Shown: positions 38,085 to 52,035 of the stretch, piece by piece
Position numbering within the stretch: the stretch's first letter is position 1
Layout of the letters: each line of letters opens with the position of its first letter
DNA from: Vicugna vicugna
Taxonomy: Eukaryota
Assembly (NCBI GenBank): GCA_013265495.1
Contig: MU057503.1
Location: forward strand, 434,001 to 498,000
Direction: 5' to 3'
Length of the DNA: 64,000 nucleotides
Made by a program: the position numbers and the translations under genes
The notes under the pieces: generated by a model
What the model was told of the DNA's origin: nothing
Databases searched by the model: none
What the model saw: the letters and a program-made list of their open reading frames with translations, nothing else

Positions 38085-39560
38085 AAACCAATATACGTAA
38101 CAGATGAAAGGTTAAAAATAATATGAACAATCACGTACCTGCTACGTAACTAAAGGAACAGAACATTACCAGTAAATATCTTAGAAGCTCATTGTGGGCC
38201 CCTTCTCAAGCACATATCCCCCTCTGCCACCTCTCCTCCCAAGGTAGCAATTATCCTGAATTTTGGGTTAACTGTCCTGCTTTTTCGTTATAATTTTATT
38301 ATCTATATCATATGTCATAGTCAAATGTTGTTAGTTTTCTACTTTCTATAAATAGAATCATAATATGTGCATTCTTCTATGACTTGCTTATTAAACTCAA
38401 CATTGTGTTATTAAGATTCTTTCCTGCTAAAGAGCACAGCTTTGGTTCATTCCATTTGGGGGCTGTAACATATTCTATTTGTTTAATCCATCCTCTGGCT
38501 GGATATGTAGGTTGCTTCCAGTTTTTATAATAAAAACAATTGTGTGCATATCTTTTTGTATGACTTGAATTATACCAGCATCAGAATCACCTGGGTTGTT
38601 TGTTAAAACACAGATCCCTGGGTCCTACCACTGGAGTTTTGTTTGGTAGATCTTGGGGTGGGGCCTGAGAATTTGTATTTCTAACGAGTTTTCAGATGAT
38701 GCTGATCCCATGTGACCGACCCAGTGACCACACTTTTAGAACCACTGCTCCAGAGAACAGACTTAGGAGTGGAGCTTCTGGGTATAGGATGTGCATATGC
38801 TGAGCTGTCCTCAGAGTCCTGCTACAAATTCACAAATCCATCTGCAGTTGTTCTACAGGTTTTTAATTATTTGTACTTCTCTGACTGTTGAAGTTGAGTG
38901 TTTCTTTCATGTATGTATTGCAGGAAAATATATGAGAAGTGAGGAAGGTGAAACTCCATTATCTTGGCTCCTGTGGTTGTTTTTAAAAAGTCAGCTATCA
39001 GTCTAAATTCTTATGTGTCTATTTTGTCTTTCTTTCTGGCTTCTTCTAGTATGTTTTTTGTTTGTTTCGAGTTCTTCAGTTTAATTATTGAATCTCTACT
39101 TACAACTTTTTATTTCTTCTGCTTGAGATCTGTTGGGCTTTCTGGATCTGAAGTTTACTATCATTCAGCAATTCTGGACTGGAGTGTGTTCTTTTTCTTC
39201 CCATCTTCTGTAACATCTCCTTTTATACAATTATTTTTACAGCATCTTAGGTCATCCTCCTAGTCTCAGTCTCATTTCATATTTTCCCTCTCTTTGTCTC
39301 TCTGAGCATATTTTGGATTATTTAGATTACTTTTTCAGTGCACCAGTGTATTTCTTCAACTGCCTCAATCTGTTCAATTCACTGACTTTTTAGTTCCTAC
39401 TTTTATATTTTTTCATCTCCAGAAATTTCATTCCCTAATTTAAAAAGTCTGTGCAGTCATTTTATAGTCTCTTGTCCTTATACGTATTTTCAAAGCTTCT
39501 AAAAACATTTCTGAAGGATGTTAAAATATTTATTTATATTTTTGGCTAATATATCCAGTA
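38085..39560 (-). mobile_element. Old L1ME-type fragments, interrupted by a MER5A-like element (~38570-38750)
   Basis: tataaatagaatcataatatgtgcattcttctatgacttgcttatt...ggttgcttccagttttt (L1ME 3' end, antisense); catcagaatcacctgggttgtttgttaaaacacagatccctgggtcc...agaaccactgctc (MER5A). Confidence 0.65.
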
Positions 39561-40131
39561 ATGAAGTATTTACAAGTCGAACTCTGCTATCCTTTGCTTC
39601 TGCTGGTTTTACTCAGGGGGACTTATTTCCCTGTGCTCTAAGTGGCAGCTGCCTTTCTCTAGAGGGGCTGGATATTTCTGAGTCAGCGAGGGTTATTCAG
39701 GATAGTTAGCTTGCCGTCATGCTGGAAGGAATCCCTACTACAGTCTTTCTCCCCTTTCCCAATGTTTCCGAAAGAAAGTTTCCCAGCAGAGGGGAATCAA
39801 TGCTGGAAGCATTTGCTATCACTCTTAGGAGCATCACAAATGGGATCAGTCCCACCTCGCAGGATAGGAAGTAACAGTGTGAGGAAGACAGCCTGTTGAA
39901 ATATCTCACAAATCAAATTCTGTACCCCTTGTATCTAGGTTTAACTTAAGACGGATTTTCATTTGGCTGTGAAAACACCCCTCCTAAGAAAGGTAGTCCC
40001 TTTTGCAGTTTGGTTACTAAACCGTCCCCAGCAGCTCGTGAATGATGAAAACTGCACGGTTACCATTTACTTCATCCCCAGCGTGGAAGACTGCTTGAGG
40101 AACAACCCCGCAATCCTAGAAATGCACAAAC

Positions 40132-40283
40132 CTGTGAGGGTCATCTGGATCACAGTTAGGAAGAAACTGAGTGATGGCTTCTGCCACTTCTTCATTCGAT
40201 AAAACATCCCAGAGTCCGTCAGTGGCCAAGATCAGCACGTCATCGGCTCCATGCTCATATCTGGAGAGATCGTAGACTCTTAC
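40132..40283 (-). CDS. PPM1H: PPM1H penultimate coding exon (exon 9 equivalent), 152 bp: VRVYDLSRYEHGADDVLILATDGLWDVLSNEEVAEAITQFLPNCDPDDPH(R)
   Basis: ttttcag|GTA AGA GTC TAC ... CCT CAC AG|gtttgt. Contains the PP2C metal-binding motif ILATDGLWD; also visible inside ORF 40116..40412. Confidence 0.97.
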
Positions 40284-42005
40284 CTGAAAAGAACAGGAAT
40301 ACCCCTGCTTAAGAAGGTGGGAGCATGTGATCCCTCCTGACGGACTGGCTCCTGAGTTCCCTTCTCTCTTCCTGCCCAGCCCAGCGGTTTTTAGCTTTGC
40401 ACTGTAAGGCACTTGGTGATGCAGTGAGCTTTGTGGCCAGAGGTACCCTTTGGAGACCTGCTATACAGACATAAAGGGCCCCAAACACAACTGTGAATGA
40501 GCCCAAAAGATTAATAGTCGACAAGGAAGAAATCAACCTGAAGCACAATGCCTGAGATGTGGCTGAGCCATGACTTACAATAGATTGAGCGGGAGGGAGC
40601 TGGTGTTGCAGCTGGAGCCTGCAGCCTGCCTGCCTTTGCACATCCACCCCACAGATGTGTCTCAAAGGCCTACTCTGTGCCAGGAGCTCTAAGAATAAGG
40701 ATGAACAGCAGATTCCCCTCCTTCTGAGCTCTCAGTCTGTGGGGGAGGTAAGGATCCACAGTAGCTGCCCCGCATGTACTGGCTTAGGTGAAGGAGACAC
40801 ACTTTATTTAATGTACTCACTTGCCACCTTTTGGCTTATCTGCTCTGAGGCCCCTGGGGCTGGACTCGTCCCAGGTTAGGACAGGACTCTGATGCTACAC
40901 TCAGGTTTGAGGAGCCTCAATCTAGCCTAAATTACAGAGGACACGTGCCAGGTCTCAATTTCCAAAGTGTGTCTCAGCAAACTTTCTTTGCTCGTCTCTG
41001 GTACCTGGAATGACTTGGATATTTCCAACACCCACCTCAACTCTTGGAAAAGAACCAAGTAACCTTAGCAAAGCTACTGCTAATAAAAATCCAGCCTTAC
41101 TTCCGTCAGGCCACAACTCTGTGTTCACCTGACCCGGGCAGGATGGGGGAAGGGGGGTTGGGGATTTCAGTGCTATTCCCTACCAGTGTGACAGAACCAG
41201 CCCCTGCCTGCACCACCTCGTGAGCCGAGGGCAGAGGCAGGTCGATTTCAGCAACCCCACCTCATTATCCTATTTTCTAAAAGTCTGAGTGAAGGGGGGG
41301 CGGGGCAGGAGGAGGGTGGTGTGTATTTAGCTGTTCCCGCGTCCCATCACAGTCACTGTCATGTCATCTCAGATCCAGGGAGAATACAGTTCTGAGAGGC
41401 CCACAGAGTGTTCAAATCCACAGCTTTAAAAGCCAAGCCTCCCACATTTTAGAAAGGTTTGCCCAGGCCAGTGATGTCCTGCCACAGGGCCGGTCATGGG
41501 GACCAACAGCCGACACTTAGCAGCAGAAAACAACAAAAAGACTCATACCTGCCCGCAGAGCTTTTGGAAAATGAGCTCAAATGAAAAGCCGCCCCTGTGG
41601 CCGGTGAACAGGATGGTAACAATTAGCTAATGGCCCAGCACAGGGACCACGCTGGGGGGGGGGGGGGGTAGAGCTCTCAGGGGTAGACCAGACTGGCTTT
41701 TAACATCTTCTCAAAAGGCACATTCACTTCAGGGCAAGCTTACATTCCAGAGAAGGCGCTGTGCCTTATGAGGCCAATTAAAGAAAACAGGAGGGGGGAA
41801 TCTTAAGTTTATAGCAGCCTGGGAAGTCCCAAATGCCAGAGTCCTGTCCTCAGGCCACTGAACTCATGTGGTTCGATCTTTACTCTATAGCAGGAACCAG
41901 ATCCCCTCTGTGTCGCCTTCTGTGGTTCCCGGGTGTCTCAGAGCAGTGCTTCTGAGACGTTACTCCGTGTGGGAATCAGGCTGCGTCCTACTAAAGTGTA
42001 GATTC

Positions 42006-42169
42006 TTTGTTTGTTGGGGTTTTCTTGGGGGGGTGGTGAGTAATTAGGTTTGTTTGTGTGTGTGTTTGCTTATTTATTATTAATTAATTAAATGGAGGTA
42101 CTGGGGATTGAACTCAGGACCTCATGCATGCTAAGCACACACTCTACCACTGAGCTATACCCACCGCCC
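42006..42169 (-). mobile_element. Second Vic-1-type SINE, nested inside a MER5A-like element (~41943-42280)
   Basis: Minus strand GGGTATAGCTCAGTGGTAGAGTGTGTGCTTAGCATGCATGAGGTCCTGAGTTCAATCCCCAGTACCTCC...AAACCTAATTAC. Flanked by degenerate duplication aaagtgtagattct / aaaatgcagagtct; MER5A-like sequence continues on both sides. Confidence 0.85.
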
Positions 42170-45100
42170 AAAAATGCAGAGTCTAATTCAGCTCTGGGGT
42201 AGGGCCTGAGAGCCTGCGTGTCTAACTTGCTCCTGTGTGACGCTGGTGCTGCAGGTCCACGGACCACACCTCGAACACCGAAGGCGGAGAGGATTCCGAC
42301 TAGTTTGTACCAAGGAGACCAAGGGCCCAGTGGGCCTCCGTGATGCCTGTACAGACCATCCCCTCGGGGGGATGCAGCAAGGGCAGCAAATGTCGCCTCT
42401 GGGCTCCCAATTTCAAGTCCTGTTTTGCTGTGTTGTTACGTCCAGTATGCAATGACTGCTTACGAGAGACTGCTGGCTTCCTGCTGGGGTAGATTGACAA
42501 TAAATTTCTGTGATAATTTGAGCTCCATATGATAGAACCTGTAAAGGGAGGTGGGGCGATGTGGATGTCAGGTGGCCCAATCTTATGCTTGTAGCCAAAC
42601 AGGAGATGCCACCTGCCTTTCAGCTCCTTTTAAAAAGAGTGATTTCTAGGGCTGAAGATAACGTCTGTTTCATTTCAGGCCCGGCCCTGGGTGTAGGGTG
42701 CCGAAATCTCTTCATGCACTTTCTGCTGGCCCCCAAAATATGGAGATTTGAGTTGTTTTAAGCTGAAGTTGTCCTGCCCGCTGCTCAAATGGAAATCTGG
42801 CCAACTGAATGGGTGTGGGTTAATAAATTGGAAGACACTAGAAAATATTCCTCTTCAGTTCCATCAATAAATTGAATCCTTCCCTAATTCCACTATTCAT
42901 GTGTCTACACACAACTCTAATGCAGCTTCCTTAGCCAGCATGAAACCTCTTTCAATACCATTCTCCAAGCAATTTTTATGTAAATAATAAAAAGCTGGTC
43001 TCAACCCTGTTCCCTGAGGCCCTCCCCAATTAACATCCTTTTAGGTTTTTTACTGCCACCCTTTGTTTCCTGCCTTTTAGCCAATTTCCAAAGGACTTTG
43101 CCAAGTTTCCACTTATAACTCGTGTCTTGTACATTAACCTGCAATGCAGAACATTTTGTGAAAATGCTCTCTGGAAAGCTGGACGGCCCTGCAAGACGGC
43201 CCACTGCGCGCTTATCCTCCCAGGGCAAGGGCTTCAAAGGATTCCAGCGGGCGCTGGGGACCTGCCCGGCCCTGCCCGACGCTGGTGTGGGCCCTCCTCC
43301 ATCAGACCACACTCGCCTTCCCAAAGTTCCCTGTGCAGTTCCTCAGATGGTTTCTTCATGTTCTGGGAAGACTCACATCAAAAGTAGTGGGTTCTGAGGC
43401 TCCCCAGGACTCAGGCGTCAGGAAGAGCGTCTCTGGGAGGGGAGAGGCGTGATCTGCAAAGGCCTCGGGCTGGAGGGAGCCCGGAGAGCACGGGCAGGGT
43501 GTCCAGGGGCTCCTTCCCGCCTTCCCACCTGCCCAGAAAGGGAGGGTCTCTCGGGAATCCTGAGCTGCTTGCCGTTTCTGAGAGCAGCAGAAATTTGAGC
43601 AGCACAGAGACAAGGCCAGGGTGCATCCGTCTGCCCTGCTGGACCCTTCATGCCATGTTTACTGAGCGCTCACTGCGTGCCAGCCGCGGTGCACAGACGT
43701 GACCGTGTCCCTCACAACCTCTGAACTAGATGTGGTAGACACACAAAGGCCAGAAGACGGCAGGTGCTTGAAGAAAAGTCAGGCAGGGTTTAAGGAGAGT
43801 GGCCAGAGAGCCACTTCGGAAGATATGGCTAAGGGGGGGCCTCTCCAGGAAGGCACCTTGTGGACAGAGACTGAACGGGTGAGCGGTTCTCCACAGGCCC
43901 CTTCTTGGGCCTCCCCCTCTTCCTTTGGGGACCTGTCACTACTCTGGATGAAGAATGTGTGGACACAGCGTCAGACTGGTGGTGGTGATGAAGAGAGGCT
44001 GAGGGGGACACAGTGCAGCCCTGAGGAGAAAGCCCAAAGAGCAGCCATCTCCCCTTCCTCTCCCGGGTCCTCTGCAGTCACGGTCCTTCCACATCCAGGA
44101 ACACAGTATTCACCTATTGGCCCCAGACTGGCTGCACTTCCCCATCATTAGTCATTCTCCAGCTTTAACTTCTTTAAGCTAATTAACTGAAGAGTCGAGG
44201 GCCCACCTTTACACATTCAGATTGTGTAGATCCGAGCCCAGGCATCAGCCTATTTAAACAAGGGTAATTCTACTACAAGTGGCGGGGGAGCCTTGCCTTG
44301 AAAACACTGTCCCAGGCAGTAGGGCCCCCTCAGGACAAGGTCTGAGTTGTCTTGTTTGTTTCTGCCCCCAGAACAGAGCGCAGAGCCTAGCACCTGGAGA
44401 CCATGTAATAAACCACCACGGGAAGCATTTCCCTTGCGGGACGTTGACCCCTGTCCTGTTTACAGTAAACACTCGAGAACTGGTCACCTTATCTCCCTGC
44501 ACCCCGTCCCCACCCCAAATTCAACTTCTGGATGCTGGAGATCTCATTCTGCATTTCTTCTGTGGGCCTTGCCGTGTCTTTCATAGAGTACATCCCACTA
44601 GATCTAGTAAATCCCTCTTAGCCATACTTGCCGAGACAAAGAATAAATGGGAAGGAGGGAGGAAGAAAAAGAATTCAGCATATGAGATCCATTCAGAGGA
44701 CCCCCCCGATCTGGTGACCCAGCAGCCTTAGCATGTAAACTCCGACGCTCACAGGCAGGCAGCAAAATGTGATGCACGGATATTTAAAAGTAGCAGCAGC
44801 CTCCTGCCTTTTCTTGCCCTGCCCTCCGTGGAGCCGCTAACAAAAGCTCGGTGCTGGCGGAAGAAGGGGGGCAGGAAGGGGCCCGGGGGCACAGGAGGGT
44901 CTTAGCTAACGTGCCTCCAAATGAGCCAAGTGCCCTCTAGGGCACTTAGGGACGCCCTCCCCGTCGTCCCCGGGCACCTGCTTCACACAGGAGTGGGGAC
45001 AAACGACTCTTCAATTCAGCACGTCCACTCAGCGCTCAGCCGCCGGCGTCTGGCTAACGCTTGTTGGCCTCCTTGCTCTACTACTGATGAAATTTCAGTG

Positions 45101-48100
45101 GCCTCTTTGGAGAGCTCATACTACAGTAAGCTGAGGCTGTTTCTTGAAGCTGCTTTTCAAAAGAATCCATCAATTCTTCCATTTGCCAACTCTTGGCTGC
45201 TCCTCTAGGATGTCCTCACAGCTCTCCCATCTTTATCAACTCAGCAAATTCCCCAAACCCTTTTTGCCCCTTTCAAGTCCTCATGGCAGGACGAGGGGTC
45301 CCTGCAGCTGAGCCCTGGGGTTCTACGGGAGCAGGAGCCGTCCCCGCCCAGGCCCTTAGGAGCCCGCACGTCCCGTCTCTGCCTCTAACCCACCCGGGAC
45401 TTGAGACAAGTCATCTATTTTCTTTAGCTCTCAATTTTCTCATCCCTGAAATCATTGTTAAAAAATTGAAAACAGAAAAATAAATATTATAACATCTGCT
45501 CTACCTGTCTCACAAAGCTGTTACAAAGATCAAATGAGATGATGTGGAAGGAAATGATAAATTCTCGTGCACAGCAAGGTTTTTTGTTTGTTTTTATGGC
45601 TCTGATCTCAGGGCAGTAGCACCGTGAAGTAAGCTAGCGGGTGGGAGGAGGGGGTGAAGAGCGCGCTTGAGGGATCTGGGGTTCAGTTCCAAGTCTCACT
45701 TGAAACGACAGTGACCGGGACACTCAGTCATGTTTTAGCAGAAAAGCCAGGTGGTTCCCAAGGTCAAGGCTGCCAACAGATGGTGGGAAATAAGAGGAGC
45801 AGGGATTCTAGTCCTCTGTACCGTCTGTGGCCAACCTGCAGTGCTCTGAACACGGCACTTGTACCAGAAGAAAACAAAATTCCAGCATACTGCCTTGTGG
45901 TCCAGGAAACCGAGTAGATTTATTTCAATATTGGCATTCTGGCAGGCCACCAAGATTGCACCCAGCTTCCCTGTTGTCATTCTGTCTACATTAGACGATG
46001 TCGTGAAACACACGCTGGACCTGGTGGCAGAAGACCTGGCTTTGAGACCCACCTCTGCCCCTCAGTATTTAGGCAAGACCACTTCGTTCATTCCTGTTTA
46101 AAAGCCCCGTGACCACCTGCCGGGAACGTGAAATGAAGTACTGATTCATGAGATGGGGAGTGTCAGGGAGGGGTCTGGGCACCCCATGCCTGGCACGTAG
46201 AGGGAACTGTGGGGGCCAAAGCCCCGGGACGTGAGAGAACTTGTGTGTGAGGGCGGCGCTACCTGGTTTGGCTTGGCTGCAGGACTGGATTTCCACTGGG
46301 GAGTGGTGAGGGCTGAGCCTCTCCCATCTCCAGCGTCTCCCCTTGTGAAATGAAGGGTTAGGACGCGAGGCCCCTGGGGAGGCTCACGGCTCTAACGCTC
46401 CCTGACTCTCTCGTCACAGGATGAATTAGACCTGGTTGTGACTGACCACAGGACCCCAGGACATTTGACTGCAAATGAATCAAGGGACATTTAAGGATGA
46501 CAAATATGCTGGCAGCTCCTGCTACCCCAGAAGGAGCTGGTTGTTTTGGCTGTGGGTGTAACTTTCGATTTGAACTGCACCACAGATATTTTTGAGGGTT
46601 GGCTTTTACTTTTGGAGACTTCAGACAAAATAAACATTTGACTTCTGAGGGTGGATACAATCTAATACCTGAAAGTTTCCCAACCAGCTAAAATACTGGG
46701 AATTACGGAGACAGCCTGACGTTGTCGCCAGCGCCTGGCCCTGAGAAAGCGCAGGGCTTTTATTTTCTCCACAGGAAGCCAGGACTTCACAACTCAGTGA
46801 GGGAAGCTCGGAGAAGGAATTTCCTTTCCGTGCGTGGGGGGGGGGGCACCTCTGTGACCTGGTCCTTTCTCTGGGCTTGTTCACCACTGCATCAGAGGCT
46901 CACTGAATGAATCAGCGAACAAATGACCTTGAGTCTAGCTCGTTAGTCGTTTGAGGAATAAGCTTCTGTTCATCAGATGCCCATTTGCAGAGATCAGGCT
47001 CAGAAGGAGTCCCAGCCTGTGAGTGACAGGACGTGGGTGCAGCGTAGATGGACCGGGTCGTGTCTAATTCATTTGGTTTAGGAGGCGGGGGAAGCAGACA
47101 CAGAGCGGCCGTACATCCCTGTTTGGCTGAGACGGTTTTGGTTGGTGCTGCTTTCCCAGCATAATTATTAATGGTGACCCCACTGACTATCAGAAATGTT
47201 CTGGGTGAGAGGATCCGTGAGTTATCTGGCCTCCTGGTGTAGAAATAATGAAATGACTACTATTCTTTATCCTTACAGCTGCTACTTCTGGCCATTGGGA
47301 CTGAACATAACCTCAGTGTGTTCCTTCCTCCACAGGACTCAGGGACTCACAATGGCAGCTTTTCAGGGATCTCAAGTAAGCAAGAGAGCCAGTTACTTTG
47401 TATCCTGCCTTCCAAGAGGAGACCCAGTCACCCCTGGTAAGCGACGGGACACCGGCCGTGTGGTGAGGTCGACCCCACTGCTTGCAGTTGTCCTGGTGGT
47501 GAGCAGCCCCGGCCCTGGCAGACCTGTGGTCAAGAGGAGAATGAGGGGTGTAGCACCCCTAACCTACCAGCCTGGAACAGAGCCCCAGGCATTGTGACCA
47601 CGAACCATGCAGTCCAGGACTGGAGCATGGATGTACCACAAACCCACTTTAGGATTATAAGACTAAAGTTCCTGAAGCACAGGGAAGAACAGCTTACCAC
47701 AGCGTCATTCAAAGAGTGGTCCTTGGATCAACAACCTCAGAATTATCTAAAAACATGAAAATTCCGAGGACCTACCCTAGACCTGGTGATTCAGATTGTC
47801 AGGAAGTGGATTCTAGGGACTTGCTTTTTTTTTTTTTTTAACAAACTCCTCTTACATGCATTAATGTCATCAAACAGATATATGCATATTTAGCCGAAAC
47901 ATTCAAGGGAAATGATTATTTTTCAGGAGAGGAATAATCTCCAATGAGAAGAAATGTCTGACACATATGCAGGTTGGCTTCCCCTTGTGTGACCACAAAC
48001 TTCATGAGTTGCCAAGCTAACTTTTTTTGGTGGGTGTCAAAGTAAATTTCAAATTCTGGCTTTATTTAAATAGCTGGTTAGCAAATCTCAAGACACTTCT

Positions 48101-50111
48101 CAGTGGGAACCACCCACGTGACTGACACACACAGGTGTGTGACAAGTGATTTTTAAGCGAGACTGGAGAGTTAGAGGTGCAGACGGACGGGCTAGGTAAG
48201 GAAGTCTTTCCTGCGCGTAAAGTCAGATGGTACCAGAATCTAAGAAAACAGTGTCTATACACTCTTAACATGTGATTATTTTCCCCTAGACATTTTCAAA
48301 GTGGTGCTGGTGATGGGAGGGGAGCACAGAGTCCCCAAGGGGGCATCAGCCCAGCTGAGAAGACGCAGTGGGGTTTGCAAACCAGCCCCATGCAGAAAAA
48401 GACCTTGTTCTCCCAAGAGCCCAAAGGGGCCTGCAGTCAACAGCCCAGTCTTGGAGTGGAGGCCAGAAAGGGGCGCAGAGTGCAGAACATCTGGAGGTTT
48501 AGGCTGCAGGCCTGGGCCACGCTGCCTGAGTCAGAGGACACAGGGTGTGTGCTGGACGGGGCGGGAGAGCTGCTGGAAGAGAAGGTGCGGGGTGGCTCTG
48601 AATTCACAAACTCTTTCCTTCTCCACTTGAACTCTTTAGGATGATATAAAAAAGCTGAGCGGTGATGAACTTCACTGAGCAAGAGGATGGAGACCTGGGG
48701 GCCGGGGGAGGCTGCTGTACGCGGAGCAGAGAGGCTGTGGACCAGGGGAGGGTCAAGATGCTTCCTAGACTCGAGGAACTGGCCTGCGCCCAGTTGGTGG
48801 GGGCCTCTGGTGGATTTCAGTTCCTGGCCAGAAATCCCTGCTTTCAACCTCAGAAGACACAAGGGGGGCTCAGCAAACCTGGCGGTTGCTCTCCGGCTTT
48901 GGCAAACTCGAGACTTTTCCAACGCCTTGTGTTCAGCGAAACCAAAAATGTGTTTGGCTAGAAACCCTTGTCTAATTTTTAAACCCCTGTGCATTTTTTA
49001 CGTAAATTTGATCCACATGGTTCTGATTTATTTTTATTTAACTCATCCAATCGAATTAGGAGCTATAATGATGAATGGGAACAATGCTGATTTCCAAGAA
49101 GATTTTTGAGCCTTTTTTCTTAGAACTAAATCACATTCCAGGCCCCCTCCACCCCGACCATTCAAACTACCAGACGGATCTGGGTTTGAAATTTAGAACC
49201 CAAATGTGAAATAAAGACGCATGCTTGGCAAAGACGAAGCACAGCAGGGGATGTTCTCAGGAAGTCACGGTTAGAAAGCCGGGGCAGGCTTGGTGGGGGT
49301 AGGGGAACGAAGTCAGGAAGGGGGTCAGTTATTCTGCATTAGATGGTTTACGTAAGTTTACCTTGCATTGTGGGTTCTCAACAGAAGCCCCCTAGCTGTT
49401 TCTCTAGGGTCTGATTTGACCACGACCACCCAGGAGAAGGGAGTTTCTGCCCCAAGACTGGCGAAGAGGGGTCCCCTGTATCCATCCTGTTTCTTCTGCC
49501 CTCCTCCACTGTAGCTGATCCAAGCTGCTCCCCCTCTTCCCTCTAACCTTCCTCCCCCCTCTCCTGGCTCCAACTAAGTCCTCTCCAGCTGGAAGCATTT
49601 AAAATGTACAACAATTTTAATCTCATGCAAAGGAATCTTGAGATCTACACTACACGCCCATTAAGCTAAATTATAAGTGCGCAACATCTTTTTGCACAAT
49701 TCTGTCTGGCTTAGGTTGGCAAACGCTAAAGGCCATTACTGTCTTTCCCAATTACTTTTTCTACTACACCATCATTTCCTACAACTTCAGTCTGAGCCTG
49801 GCCACATTTCTCTGAGAAACTCTGGTCACTAAGGTCCCAAGACAAAGGTACTCTCTTCAGGGCCCCTTGAACCTGTGCTCAGTGGGTCCCTCAGACACTG
49901 TCCAAAGAAATTTCCTTGAACTCAGCTTCTGTACCCTAAGGAGCCAGACCAAACTGGACAAGTTTGAGTACAAGAATCATCTTGCTAGTTAATAACTGTA
50001 CAATCATGGGGGAGTTATTTCATTTCCTCGGGCCTCAGTTTCCCAATCTATGAAATGGGTATAATAATCATACATATTTCACAGAGCTGTTGTGAGAGTT
50101 AAATGAGATGC

Positions 50112-50116
<5 letters not shown>

Positions 50117-50147
<31 letters not shown>
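50117..50147. repeat. (AT)n microsatellite inside a MIR
   Basis: Uninterrupted atatat... run of about 15 units. Confidence 0.92.
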
Positions 50148-50151
<4 letters not shown>

Positions 50152-51369
50152 ATAGTGTCTGGCCTGGCCTAAGTAGTTAATAAATGTTATTTGTTATTGT
50201 TATTATAAAAACTCCATACTTCATTCAACTCTACAACTTTCCTAAGAGCACTTAAATTTTTCCAGAGGTTGCCAGTTTCCTTCTCAATCCAACCCCATCA
50301 TCCCTCACCAACACGGAAACGACCAACCCATTTCCCTGCAAATTAGCATCACTTTGGACAGGTGCAATGAAATTTCTGATCAGCCAAATGGGATTTTTGA
50401 TCAGTCCTTGGGGAGTCTGCCATACAGGCCCAAGTTTTAAACCTACACAGTCTCTTCTTGGGATCCACAGAAGCTCAGTGATTGGAAGATCTATAACCTG
50501 TCTGCATAGATATCATTCTCCTGAAAGGCCAAACTCCTCACTTTATACATAGAGAGAGAGAGAGTGTGTGTGTTGGAGGTGAGGAGGGTACAGGGTGAGA
50601 AGGTTTTCACTCTACTTTAAGGAGCAAAATGCCTAATTGATTTCCTGAGACATCTCCCCCCACCCCCCACGGAAGTCACACTTCATCTGTCCGTTTTGGA
50701 AAGTAGAAAGGTGACAGTACTATTTAATATGCCTGATAAATGCCTCTCTTCCAAGGTGGGGAATACAGACATCCATGAGTCTAGTTGGTTTTCTCTGGCC
50801 AGGAGGGGTTTCAGCCATTATTCAGGGATCCTTTCGTTGGCCAGAATAGAGGGAACAGGGATCTACCAGCTTCTAGGGAACCTCGCACACTTTATGTCAT
50901 CATGGTTGTCAGCACGCACAACTGCTGTGAGAGAGACTTCCGCAGGCTCTTGCAAACAGTGATTACTATCCCCACCAAGCCGGCCTCACTCGGAATCCTG
51001 GGTGATACCAGGAAGTGTGCTGTCTTCTCGACTAGGCGCTCCCTCTCAGCAGCTTCTTAACCTCTTGTGGCTGCAGGATGCCTGTTGGACGCCGGCCACA
51101 GGAATAAAGGACCCTGAAGGAACCAGCCCTGTTCCAAGCCCTGCCAAGGGGGTGCGCCTGGGTGTCTGCTGGGTGGTTCTGGAGCGGACGTGCAATCTGA
51201 AGGGGCAGTCTACAGGCTGGGAAGTCACTGGTGACCTAGCAGAAAGGGGGAGTTGGTCCAAGGAGAGTCCTCTCTGGTAATGTGCAATTGGGAGAGTGAG
51301 AAACTGGGGTGTCTGGTAGCAGAGACATATGGAAGGTGGCGGGTCACCTCAGTGGCAGAATGACTTCAT

Positions 51370-52035
51370 GCAGGTGGACAGACTCCCACTGCTGGGGTTC
51401 TTAAGGCTGCCTTGATTCCAGAACCACCTTCCTTCCCATAAAGCCTGGCTGTCCAAGGGTTCTTCTTGTGGACACCATAAGCATCTCTTCTGATATTATT
51501 AAAATAAACACCTCCTTTTTTGGAGTCAGCCTGAGTGGGTTTCTGTCTCCTCCAACAGAAAGAACCTTCACTAAGAACACAGCACCTACCCTTGGGGCTC
51601 TGTCTAAACATCCTGGGCATTTCCGGTGCAAGGCACTGCTTTAACCATTAATTACACAGTATACAAACACTGCTGGTTCCCAACTCACCCCTCCCTGGCT
51701 CTCCTCTGCTGTAGAAACTGGAAACATTTCTCTCTCCTCAAGCCTGCTTTGCAGCTCGGGGAGGTTGCATGACACGGTTCTGGCCAACGAGATGCAAGTG
51801 AGCATGTGCGGGGACAGACAGGCTGTCCTTCCTTCCTGCCTGGCAAGAAACTGTTATGCTTGGAGCTGCTGCCTCCATCTTACAACCACGAAGGACAAAA
51901 AGCAGAGGTGCCAGCCCTGGCATGTTGGAGGGGCCACACCACCATAAACAGCCACCAAATTCCAGCCTCCTTGTTCTGTGAGAAAACTATACCCTTAAAC
52001 GACTACTATTTAGAGTTTTCTATAATTCAGAAGCA
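51370..52035 (+). mobile_element. Degraded MLT1 LTR fragments
   Basis: gagtcagcctgagtgggtttctgtctc...aaagaaccttcactaa; catgacacggttctggccaacgagatgcaagtg...ttggagctgctgcctccatcttacaaccacga. Confidence 0.6.

Noticed and set aside
45015..45037. REST/NRSE-like ttcagcacgtccactcagcgct
   Set aside because: The left half matches, but the essential GGACAG right half is missing.
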